In this document: in pieces, positions 18,902-27,386 of the stretch
How the letters are laid out: each line of letters starts with the position of its first letter
Position numbering within the stretch: position 1 is the stretch's first letter
Source of the DNA: Candidatus Saccharimonadota bacterium
GTDB taxonomy: Bacteria > Pseudomonadota > Gammaproteobacteria > Enterobacterales > Enterobacteriaceae
NCBI RefSeq assembly: GCF_000090965.1
Contig: NC_008513.1
Location: forward strand, 30,001 to 62,000
Length of the DNA: 32,000 nucleotides
Direction: 5' to 3'
The notes under the pieces: model-generated
Database searches by the model: none
What the model was told of the DNA's origin: nothing
What the model saw: the letters and a program-made list of their open reading frames with translations, nothing else
Position numbers and translations under genes: made by a program

Positions 18902-20371
18902 ATGAATTTTATTAAAAAATTATTTTTTCAAATAAAAAAGAAATTGAATTATCTTTTTTTTTGTATTTTAAAAAAAATCAAATATATTTTTTTTGTTTCT
19001 TTAATTAGTATAATTTCTATTATTTCAATTTTTTTATGGTCAAAAAAAGTTCATTATGTAGTGTTATATAATAATCTTTCCCAAGAAGATAGTAAATGGA
19101 TAATATCAAGATTAAAAATTTTGCATATTCCTTATCGTTGTAATAATTCTTTTAAAACATTATTAGTTCCTGAAGATAAAATTAATATATTAAATTTGTC
19201 ATTATTAAAAAATAACAATATCTTAAAAAAGAATTTTGGTTTTGAATTATTAGATAAAGAAAAATTTGGTATTAGTCAATTTCATGAACACATTAATTAT
19301 CATAGAGGTTTAGAAGGAGAATTATCTAAGACCTTAGAACAAATTTTTCCTATACAATGTGCTCGTGTACATTTAGTTTGTAAAAAAGATACTGATTTTT
19401 TTGAAAATAATCAAATTCCTTCAGCTTCAGTAATTATTACCTTATTTCCTAATATGCATTTAACATATGAGCAAATTAATGCAATTATTTTATTAATTTC
19501 AGGAAGTGTTCCTGATTTATCTTCAGATAATATTGTTTTAGTTGATCAATTTGGAAATATATTAAATAAATATGATTTAAATCATACAAAGTTTTTTAAT
19601 AATAGTCAATATAAAAAAATTACTATATTAGAAGAATATTATTCTCAACGTATTAAAGATATTTTACTTCCAATTTTAGATTCAAAAGATTTTGTTGTTC
19701 AAGTTACTACTAAATTAAAAAAAGATAATCATGCTTCTACATTTTCTGATAAAAATTATAATGTAAATCAAAAAATAGATAATTCTTTTATATCTCCAAA
19801 TTTTAAAGAATTAAATATTAAAAATATTAAAATTACTGTATTAATTAATTATAAAAAAAATAATTCTGGTAAAATGGTTCCATTATCAAAAAATGAATTA
19901 AATAATATAGAAAATTTAGTTAAATCAGTAATTAATTTATCAAAAAATAAATTAAATAATATAGAAAATTTAGTTAAATCAGTAATTAATTTATCAAAAA
20001 ATAAAGGTGATCGTATAAATTTGATTAATTATATGTTTTTAGATACTCCTAGTGTTATTGATGCATCTTATTCTTTAAAAAATAAAAATTTAAATTTTTC
20101 TTTAATTTTGTTTTATTTTTTTGTTTTTTTTCTGTTTTTTTTAATTTTAAAAAATATTTTTGATAGTTATATATTTAATAAAAATAAAAAAAAAAATATT
20201 ATAAATATACCTGTAAAAGATAATAAAAAAAAAAAAATAATTAATGATATTAATAATCAATTAAATAATCAAGAAAAAAATAAGAATTATTTTTTATCAA
20301 AAAAAAATATTATTTTAAAAAAATCTAATTTAATAAAAGATATTATACAATATTGGATAAAGAAAAAATGA
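18902..20371 (+). CDS. fliF: Flagellar MS-ring protein FliF
   Basis: Collinear with E. coli FliF: N-terminal TM segment, LYNNLSQEDSKWIISRLKILHIPYR, GFELLDKEKFGISQFHEHINYHRGLEGELSKT, ARVHL, second TM segment, and C-terminal IIQYWI (E. coli VIRQWM). The track ORF starts at 18839; the ATG at 18902 (MNFIKK..) is my preferred start. Contains an internal 54-bp duplication. Confidence 0.9.
   Translation: MNFIKKLFFQIKKKLNYLFFCILKKIKYIFFVSLISIISIISIFLWSKKVHYVVLYNNLSQEDSKWIISRLKILHIPYRCNNSFKTLLVPEDKINILNLSLLKNNNILKKNFGFELLDKEKFGISQFHEHINYHRGLEGELSKTLEQIFPIQCARVHLVCKKDTDFFENNQIPSASVIITLFPNMHLTYEQINAIILLISGSVPDLSSDNIVLVDQFGNILNKYDLNHTKFFNNSQYKKITILEEYYSQRIKDILLPILDSKDFVVQVTTKLKKDNHASTFSDKNYNVNQKIDNSFISPNFKELNIKNIKITVLINYKKNNSGKMVPLSKNELNNIENLVKSVINLSKNKLNNIENLVKSVINLSKNKGDRINLINYMFLDTPSVIDASYSLKNKNLNFSLILFYFFVFFLFFLILKNIFDSYIFNKNKKKNIINIPVKDNKKKKIINDINNQLNNQEKNKNYFLSKKNIILKKSNLIKDIIQYWIKKK
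19898..20005 (+). repeat. Perfect 2 x 54-bp in-frame tandem duplication inside fliF
   Basis: 19898-19951 and 19952-20005 are identical (ttaaataatatagaaaatttagttaaatcagtaattaatttatcaaaaaataaa), each encoding LNNIENLVKSVINLSKNK. The 12-nt ttatcaaaaaat also occurs just upstream (19883-19894), so the repeat is about 2.3 units long. Confidence 0.95.
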
Positions 20372-21342
20372 TATATTTAAATGGTATACAAAAAAGTGTA
20401 TTATTATTATTTTGTATAGATACTAAAGAAATAATTCATGTTTTAAAAAATTTTAAGAAATCAGAAATTAGTATATTAATTAATGCTATAATATCTTTTG
20501 ATATACAATTAATTCGATATTCTAATAATATAATTTATGAATATTATAATATTCTGAAAAAAAATAGAATGTATACTTTTAATTTTAAAAAATATATAAT
20601 TTCTATTTTAGAAAATGTTAAAAATTTAGATATATCGAAAAAATTATTGAAAAATTTTTCTATAAAAAATATTTTTTTAAATAATATATCTTTATTGGAA
20701 TTATTAGGATCAAAAAATATTTTTTTTTTAATTAAAAAAGAAAATTTTAGTATTATTTCTTCTTTATTATTATATATGAATAATAAAATATTTTTGTCGA
20801 TTTTATTATTTTTTAATACACACGATCGTTTAAAGATTTTAACTCGAATGATAAATTTTACTGGTTTAAATTATTTTGGTTTTACAGAATTAAATAAAAT
20901 TGTTATATTTTTTTTGTATAAGTGCAATTGTTCTTTTTTAGAAAAAAATAGAATAGATAAAATTATAAATATTCTATATTTTTTTAAAAAAAAAAATATT
21001 ATTAAATATATTAAAAATATAAATACATTATATCCAAAATATTTATATCTAACTATTAGTAAATATTTTAAATTTGAAAATATTTTAAATTTTTCTAATA
21101 AAAATATTAAATTTATTATTAAAAATAATAATATAAAAAATTTATGTATAATATTAAATATTTCTAATAATTTTATAAAAAAAAAATTTATTAGCAATAT
21201 GTCAAGTATAGAATATAATTATTTCAAAAAATATATACAAAAAAATAATTGTATTTCATTTGAAAAAATGTATTTTAAAAAAAATTTATTATTAGAAAAT
21301 ATAAAAAGATATATACGTAATGGAAAAATATTAATAATATAA
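20368..21342 (+). CDS. fliG: Flagellar rotor/switch protein FliG (highly diverged)
   Basis: Follows fliF with an ATGA start/stop overlap at 20368-20371 (the track start at 20353 is a TTG). N-terminus NGIQKSVLLLFCID matches SGTDKSVILLMTIG. C-terminus KFISNMS..LLLENIKRYIRNGKILI matches KFLRNMS..ILLIVRRLAETGEMVI. Length of about 324 aa compares with 331 in E. coli. Confidence 0.8.
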   Translation: MIYLNGIQKSVLLLFCIDTKEIIHVLKNFKKSEISILINAIISFDIQLIRYSNNIIYEYYNILKKNRMYTFNFKKYIISILENVKNLDISKKLLKNFSIKNIFLNNISLLELLGSKNIFFLIKKENFSIISSLLLYMNNKIFLSILLFFNTHDRLKILTRMINFTGLNYFGFTELNKIVIFFLYKCNCSFLEKNRIDKIINILYFFKKKNIIKYIKNINTLYPKYLYLTISKYFKFENILNFSNKNIKFIIKNNNIKNLCIILNISNNFIKKKFISNMSSIEYNYFKKYIQKNNCISFEKMYFKKNLLLENIKRYIRNGKILII

Positions 21343-21356
21343 AATAGGTATTTCAT

Positions 21357-22046
21357 ATGAAAAATACTATAGAAAAAAATTCTTGGAAGAAATGGAAACC
21401 TAAAAAAGATAAAATAAGATTCAATTTTATTAATAAAAAAAAAAATAATATATCTAAAAATATTTTTTTTAAAGAAAATAATTTATATAATAAAAAAAAT
21501 AATTCTAAAGATTTATTAGACATGTACATAAAAGGATATGAAAAAGGAATTATAGACGGATATCAAAAAGGTTATCAAATTGGCTGGATTCAAGGTTATT
21601 CTTCATTTGAAAATTTTTTTTTAAAAAATTTTAAATCTTGTATATATTTTCAATATATAGATTTTTTAAATCAATTTAAATATGCTATTAAAATTTTTAA
21701 TAATAATTTTTCTAAACGTTTAACAAAAATTATATTTTGTATATCAAAAATTTTAATTGATGATATTTATTTAAAAAAAAAAAAATTTATAATAACAAGA
21801 ATAAAAAAATTGACTCTTAATCCTAAATATATATTAAAAAAATTACAATTACATATTCATCCTAATAATTATAATTTTATTAAAAAAGAATTTGGTAAAT
21901 TATTTTATAAATATAATTGGACAATTGTATTAAATGATACATTAGATATTAATAGTTATCGTATTTTTACAGATGATGGAGAAATAGATGCAACAATTAA
22001 ATCTTTTTGGAATCAAATTAAAAATGCAACTAATTTATTGGATTAA
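21357..22046 (+). CDS. fliH: Flagellar export apparatus regulator FliH
   Basis: 229-aa ORF between fliG and fliI. It has the repeat-like segment YIKGYEKGIIDGYQKGYQIGWIQGY typical of FliH/YscL-family proteins. Size matches E. coli FliH. Confidence 0.75.
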   Translation: MKNTIEKNSWKKWKPKKDKIRFNFINKKKNNISKNIFFKENNLYNKKNNSKDLLDMYIKGYEKGIIDGYQKGYQIGWIQGYSSFENFFLKNFKSCIYFQYIDFLNQFKYAIKIFNNNFSKRLTKIIFCISKILIDDIYLKKKKFIITRIKKLTLNPKYILKKLQLHIHPNNYNFIKKEFGKLFYKYNWTIVLNDTLDINSYRIFTDDGEIDATIKSFWNQIKNATNLLD

Positions 22047-22051
22047 TATAT

Positions 22052-23425
22052 ATGAATTTTTTATTAAATTCCTGGTTTTATAATACTAATATTTTTGAAA
22101 AAAATTTATTAAATATTTCAAACAGTATATATATTGGTAAAGTATTAAGTGTTCATAGTTTAATAATAGAAGTTACTGGAATTTATTCTTCTATTGGAGA
22201 ATATTGTTGGGTAGAATGTTTTTATAAAGGAATACAATCTACTATAATATGTAAAGTAATGGGTTTTAAAAAAAAAATATTTTTTTTAATACCAATACAA
22301 AATTCATATGGTATTTTTCCTGGTGCTAAGGTTTTTTCAGAAAATTATATTTTTAATAAAGATATAAAATTTCAATATTTTCCTTTTGGATCAAAATTAT
22401 TAGGTAGAGTTTTAAATGGTTTTGGACATCCATTAGATAATTTAGGAGATTTAAATTTAAAAAAGAAATTATTCAATTTTTTTAAAAAAAAACCTATCAA
22501 CCCGTTAAATAGAAAGCCTATTACAGAAATTTTAGATACTGGTGTATGCGCGATAAATAGTTTACTAACTGTAGGTCGTGGTCAAAGAATGGGAATTTTT
22601 TCTCAAGCTGGAATAGGTAAAAGTATGTTGTTAGGTATGATATCAAGGCATACTGATGCCGATATTATTGTTGTTTCTTTAGTTGGTGAACGAGGTAGAG
22701 AAGTAAAAGATTTTATTGATAATATTTTAGGTAAAGATAGTTTAAAAAAATCTGTAGTTATTGTATCATCTGCTGATGTTTCTCCAATGTTTAAAATTCA
22801 ATCTGTAGAATATGCAACAGCAGTTGCTGAATATTTTTGTAATAAAGGAAATAATGTATTACTAATAGTAGATTCGTTAACTAGATATGCAATGGCTTAT
22901 CGAGAAGTTTCAAATTCTTTATATGAAATTCCTGTTAAAAGGTATCCAGCTTCTATTTTTTCTAATATTCCGTATTTAATTGAAAGAACAGGTAATATTG
23001 ATAATAAATCAGGTTCAATTACTTCATTTTATACTATTTTAACTGAAGGAGATGAATATAATGATCCTATATTAGATATAACAAAATCAGTATTAGACGG
23101 TCATATTATATTATCTAATGTTTTATCAGAATCAGGACATTATCCAGCTATTAATATTGAAAAATCTATTAGTAGACTAATGTCATCTATTGTAGATCAT
23201 GATCATTATCAGTATTCTATTTATATAAAAAAATTAATTTCATGTTATTATAAAAATTACGATATAATTAATTTAGGAGTGTATACATCTGGAAAAAATA
23301 AATTATTAGATCAAGCTATTACTCTTTGGCCTTTTTTAGAAAAATTTTTACAACAAAAATTTTTAGATTGTTGTACTTATAATCAATCTATTTTAAAGTT
23401 AAAAAATTTATTAAAAATTATTTAA
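22052..23425 (+). CDS. fliI: Flagellum-specific type III ATPase FliI
   Basis: 457 aa. Walker A GIFSQAGIGKSMLLG, Walker B LLIVDSLTRYA, and ILTEGDEYNDPI; F1/T3SS ATPase fold throughout. Confidence 0.96.
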   Translation: MNFLLNSWFYNTNIFEKNLLNISNSIYIGKVLSVHSLIIEVTGIYSSIGEYCWVECFYKGIQSTIICKVMGFKKKIFFLIPIQNSYGIFPGAKVFSENYIFNKDIKFQYFPFGSKLLGRVLNGFGHPLDNLGDLNLKKKLFNFFKKKPINPLNRKPITEILDTGVCAINSLLTVGRGQRMGIFSQAGIGKSMLLGMISRHTDADIIVVSLVGERGREVKDFIDNILGKDSLKKSVVIVSSADVSPMFKIQSVEYATAVAEYFCNKGNNVLLIVDSLTRYAMAYREVSNSLYEIPVKRYPASIFSNIPYLIERTGNIDNKSGSITSFYTILTEGDEYNDPILDITKSVLDGHIILSNVLSESGHYPAINIEKSISRLMSSIVDHDHYQYSIYIKKLISCYYKNYDIINLGVYTSGKNKLLDQAITLWPFLEKFLQQKFLDCCTYNQSILKLKNLLKII

Positions 23426-23443
23426 TTAAATAATGGTATTATT

Positions 23444-23892
23444 ATGAAAAATAAAGTTTTTTATATTGATATATTTAAAAAAAAATAAAAATTAATATTA
23501 AAAAAAATACAAATATTATTTATAGTTATAAAAAAAAAAAGAAAAAATTAAAAAAAAATTTATTTCTTTTAAAAAAATATTATAAAAAATATAGTTTTTT
23601 TTTATATAAAAAAATTATAAATGGAGCAAAAAAATATATTATTCAAATATATTTAAATTTTTTATTAAATTTGCAAAAAATTATAATTAAACAAAAATAT
23701 TGGATCAATTATTTTTGTGATAAAATTCAAAAAAAAAATATATTATTTAAAAAATTATTTATACAATTAGAAAAATGGAAAATATTAGAATTACGTGTGA
23801 AAAATCGTATAAAAAAAGAAAATATTTTATTAGAAGGGCGTCAAGATAATATTTTATCTTCAAATGTTTTTTGTTTTTTATTATTGAAATAA
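23444..23892 (+). pseudogene. fliJ: fliJ interrupted by a 1-nt frame offset in an A9 tract (intact 149-aa product only if one extra A is read)
   Basis: The ATG at 23444 gives MKNKVFYIDIFKKK then TAA at 23486. The adjacent frame is open from 23479 to the stop at 23890-23892. That frame contains FliJ-like sequence (KKYYKKY.., YIIQIYLNFLLNLQKII, LEKWKILELRVKN, ENILLEGRQDN), in position after fliI. The joined length of 149 aa compares with 147 aa for E. coli FliJ. Confidence 0.6.
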
Positions 23893-24031
23893 AAATTTTT
23901 TATTAATATAATTTTTTATATCATTAATATTAATTTTTATATAAAATTAATATGTTTAAAGAGAAACATTAAACTATGATTATTAAAGAAAAAAAAAAAT
24001 ATCAAAAATTTCTCAGAAATCAATTTTTTTT

Positions 24032-24646
24032 ATGAAAATATTAAAAAAAAATACATCTAAAAATATAATTTTTAAAAATTATATTTTATATAAACAAAAT
24101 TTTTTTTTTAAAAATTTGTTTAATGATTTTTGTTTTTTTTTTAATAAAATTTTTAAAAAATTGTTTTTTTTTCCAATTAATATACAATTTTTAAAAAGTA
24201 TATATAAGTATAATTTTAATTTAAATTATTTATTATATTCTAAATATAGAAGTAGATATTTTTTTTTAAATAATATTAAAAATAAATGTATATTATTAAT
24301 TACAAATGATTTTTTTTCTATTTTTATTAATTCTATATTTGGAAATGTACATTTTAAAAAATATAAAAATTATAATAATAAAAAATTAACATTTAATGAA
24401 AAATATATTTTAGAGTTAATATTTAAAAAAATTTTTATTATATTAAATTATACTTTTTTAAAAAATATTATTGATATTAATAATACTTATAAATATAAAA
24501 AATTAGACAATTTATTTAAAAAGTCTGTTAGTAAAAAAAAATATATATGTTTTGTTTTTAGAATTAGTTTAAATAAAACATATAATAAATTAAAAATATA
24601 TATACCAAGTTTTTTAATAAATACTATAAAGGAAAATGATAAATAA
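24032..24646 (+). CDS. fliM: Flagellar switch protein FliM, middle domain only (N-terminal peptide and C-terminal SpoA/FliN-like domain absent)
   Basis: 204-aa ORF collinear with E. coli FliM residues about 55-250 (FFSIFINSIFGNVHF/LVFIAVDNLFGGDGRF; LTFNEKYILELIFKKIF/FTHTEQRVINRMLKLAL; KLKIYIPSFLINTIKE/EFNICLPFSMIEPLRE). Lies directly upstream of fliN. Confidence 0.65.
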   Translation: MKILKKNTSKNIIFKNYILYKQNFFFKNLFNDFCFFFNKIFKKLFFFPINIQFLKSIYKYNFNLNYLLYSKYRSRYFFLNNIKNKCILLITNDFFSIFINSIFGNVHFKKYKNYNNKKLTFNEKYILELIFKKIFIILNYTFLKNIIDINNTYKYKKLDNLFKKSVSKKKYICFVFRISLNKTYNKLKIYIPSFLINTIKENDK

Positions 24647-24846
24647 ATTTTTTTATATGAAATATATATTATTTTAATTTTATTAAATTTTAATATTTTA
24701 AAATTTTAAAATATGAAACTTTTTTAAAGTTCAAGTATTTAATCAATTAAATAAAATATTATTTAATATTTTAGTAAAATATTTATATTTTATATAAATA
24801 TTTTTAATAATAAAAATTATTTATAAAATTTTTTAGGAATAATTAT

Positions 24847-25251
24847 ATGATAGAAAATAATAAAAAAAAAATACAAAATAATAGTTTTAAAAAAAAATCT
24901 CATATAAAGAATTTAGACAATAAAATAAATAATAATAATGTAAATAAAATTATTAAAGAAAAAATATATATCAATAATTCTTATAAAACTAATGCTAATA
25001 AAGTATTATTTGATTCCTCAGCTCTTTCTTCTATTCCTGTTTATTTAACTATTGAATTAAGTAAAAAAAAAATTACTATTCAAGAATTATTACAATTTAA
25101 AAAAGGTTCTATTTTAGAATTAGAAGATAATATTAATAAACCATTAAATATTTTTATAAATAATTATCTTATTGCTATTGGAGAATTAGTTGTAAATAAT
25201 GATTGTTATGGTGTACAAATTACAAAATTATTAACAAATAATGTTAAATAA
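24847..25251 (+). CDS. fliN: Flagellar switch protein FliN
   Basis: The C-terminal SpoA domain IPVYLTIELSKKKITIQELLQFKKGSILELEDNINKPLNIFINNYLIAIGELVVNNDCYGVQITKLL matches E. coli FliN (IPVKLTVELGRTRMTIKELLRLTQGSVVALDGLAGEPLDILINGYLIAQGEVVVVADKYGVRITDII). AGGA lies upstream. Confidence 0.93.
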   Translation: MIENNKKKIQNNSFKKKSHIKNLDNKINNNNVNKIIKEKIYINNSYKTNANKVLFDSSALSSIPVYLTIELSKKKITIQELLQFKKGSILELEDNINKPLNIFINNYLIAIGELVVNNDCYGVQITKLLTNNVK

Positions 25252-25415
25252 ATTTTAAATTTATTAATTAATTTATAATAATTAATTATGTATATAATAA
25301 AATTTTATTTTTAATAAAATATTATTATAATTATTTATTATATATATTTTAAAAATATATTAGTGTTTTTTTTTGTTATTTTTAATGTTTTTTAAATAAA
25401 TTTAGGTGAATAATA

Positions 25416-26150
25416 ATGATATATAATTGGAATAATTTTTTTTTGTTTTTTCCTTCAGTTTTTTTATTTGAAAAATTTTCTAATAACAAAATATGTTCTT
25501 TTATTCCAGATGAATTTAATTTATTAAATTTTTCTGTTAAATCTTCAGCAATATTAACTATAATAAGTTTTCTTCCTGCATGTATATTAATGATGACTTG
25601 TTTTACTAGAATTATTATTGTATTAAGTTTGCTAAGAACTGCATTAGGAGTACCATATTCCCCTCCTAATCAAATATTAATTGGATTATCTTTATTTTTA
25701 ACTTTTTTCATTATGTCTCCAACATTAAATAAAATTTATAATACAGCTTTAATTCCTTTATATAAACATGAAATTAATACAGAAGTCGCATTAAAAAAAA
25801 TTATTAAACCTATACATATATTTATGTTAAAACAAACTAGAAAATCTGATATTTCTGTATTTTGGAAATTAGCTAAAATTTCTTTTCCTATGAAAAAAGA
25901 TAATATTCCTTTTTATATTTTATTACCTTCATTTATAATTAGTGAATTGAAAACTGCTTTTCAAATTGGTTTCACTGTTTTATTACCATTTTTAATTATT
26001 GATTTAGTAATTGCTAGTATTTTGATGTCTTTAGGAATAATGATGATTTCTCCTTCAACTATTTCTTTACCATTAAAATTAATATTATTTGTTTTATCAG
26101 ATGGTTGGAAATTGTTAGTTGTATCTCTTGCAAAAAGTTTTTTTATTTAA
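25416..26150 (+). CDS. fliP: Flagellar export gate protein FliP
   Basis: [45 protein letters not shown] and [34 protein letters not shown] are near-collinear with E. coli FliP. AGGTGA lies upstream. Confidence 0.96.
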   Translation: MIYNWNNFFLFFPSVFLFEKFSNNKICSFIPDEFNLLNFSVKSSAILTIISFLPACILMMTCFTRIIIVLSLLRTALGVPYSPPNQILIGLSLFLTFFIMSPTLNKIYNTALIPLYKHEINTEVALKKIIKPIHIFMLKQTRKSDISVFWKLAKISFPMKKDNIPFYILLPSFIISELKTAFQIGFTVLLPFLIIDLVIASILMSLGIMMISPSTISLPLKLILFVLSDGWKLLVVSLAKSFFI

Positions 26151-26189
26151 AGTTTAATTTAAACTATATTAATCATTAAAGGTTTTATT

Positions 26190-26456
26190 ATGAATCAAGA
26201 ATTTTTAATTACATTATTTCAAGATTCTATTAAATTTGTTTTTTTAATATCAGTACCATGTTTAATACCAATCTTATTAATTGGTATTTTAATTAGTTTT
26301 TTACAATCAATTACACAAATTCATGAACAAACATTATCATTTATACCAAAAATTTTATCTATTTTTCTTTCTCTCATTTTTTTTGGACCATGGATGTTAC
26401 AGTTGACTATTCAATATATAAGAAATATTTTTTATATAATATCAACGGTTAATTAA
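26190..26456 (+). CDS. fliQ: Flagellar export gate protein FliQ
   Basis: 88-aa two-TM ORF between fliP and fliR with the motif LLIGILISFLQSITQIHEQTLSFIPKI typical of FliQ/SctS. Confidence 0.92.
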   Translation: MNQEFLITLFQDSIKFVFLISVPCLIPILLIGILISFLQSITQIHEQTLSFIPKILSIFLSLIFFGPWMLQLTIQYIRNIFYIISTVN

Positions 26457-26461
26457 TCATT

Positions 26462-27262
26462 ATGATAAATAATTTATTCAATAAATTTTATTTTTTAATT
26501 AATAATAATATTATTTTCATCATGGCTCGTGTTTTTTCGTTATTGTTTTATTTAAAAATATTTCAGAATATTAAAATTAATTATTTTACTAAAATAATAA
26601 TTATTTATTTATTAAGTAGTCTATTAATACCATTTATTTCTGTATATAAAAATAATTTTTGTACAATTGATTTTTTTTTGATTTTTTTAAATCAAATATT
26701 TATAGGTATTGTTTTAGGTTTTTTAATTAAAAATGTATTATTTGGTTTATTTTTTATTGGTGAAATTTTTAGTTTACAAATTGGTTTATCATCTTTAAAT
26801 TTTTTCTATTTTGATAAAAATACTTATTCTTTAATTTTTTCAAATTTATTTAGTATTTTTTTTTTATTTACATTTTTTATTTGTAATATGCATTTAAAAT
26901 TATTGGTTCTTTTAATACACAGTTTTGAAATATATCCATTAAATAATTTTATTTTTTATAAAAAAATTTTTTTTTATATAGTAAATTTTTTAAATATTAT
27001 ATTTTTTCAAAGTGTGTCTTTTATATTACCAATTCTGTTTTTTTTTTTAATTTTATATATAACTTATATTTTTATAAATAAATTAATACCAAAAGTTTCT
27101 TTTTTTTCTTCTTTTATGATTATTGTTTTTTTTTTTGGAATGTTTATATTAAAATATTTTTTTTATAATTTTTATCTTTTTAATAAAATTTTAATGAATG
27201 TTTTTTTAAATTATTTTAAAAAAAATATTATAAAAAAATTTTATATTTCCTTAAAATATTAA
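26462..27262 (+). CDS. fliR: Flagellar export gate protein FliR
   Basis: 266-aa polytopic membrane ORF immediately after fliQ. Size and position are as for E. coli FliR (261 aa). The call is based mostly on position and topology; the sequence is very diverged. Confidence 0.82.
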   Translation: MINNLFNKFYFLINNNIIFIMARVFSLLFYLKIFQNIKINYFTKIIIIYLLSSLLIPFISVYKNNFCTIDFFLIFLNQIFIGIVLGFLIKNVLFGLFFIGEIFSLQIGLSSLNFFYFDKNTYSLIFSNLFSIFFLFTFFICNMHLKLLVLLIHSFEIYPLNNFIFYKKIFFYIVNFLNIIFFQSVSFILPILFFFLILYITYIFINKLIPKVSFFSSFMIIVFFFGMFILKYFFYNFYLFNKILMNVFLNYFKKNIIKKFYISLKY

Positions 27263-27340
27263 ATGAAATAAATAAAAAATTTATTTAAAAAAAAATACAA
27301 TTTTTAATTAATATATATAATTATTTTTATATATTTAATT

Positions 27341-27369
27341 TATTGGAGATCTTTTATAGATCTCCAATA
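27341..27369. terminator. Perfect 11-bp hairpin between convergent fliR and rpmG (candidate bidirectional terminator)
   Basis: tattggagatc (27341-27351), loop ttttata, gatctccaata (27359-27369). The G/C-containing stem stands out in A/T-only surroundings. Confidence 0.55.
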
Positions 27370-27386
27370 ATAATTTGTATTTTATA

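Noticed and set aside
20871-21197. 108-aa minus-strand ORF
   Set aside because: Antisense within fliG. It is a low-complexity hydrophobic mirror of Lys/Asn-rich coding sequence.
24647-24846. Search for a frameshifted FliM C-terminal (SpoA) domain downstream of the 204-aa ORF
   Set aside because: All three + frames contain frequent stops. No stretch resembles the ..LNPGDVLPIEKP..VDGVPV..G.. pattern, so I cannot support a remnant by eye. A profile search is still suggested.
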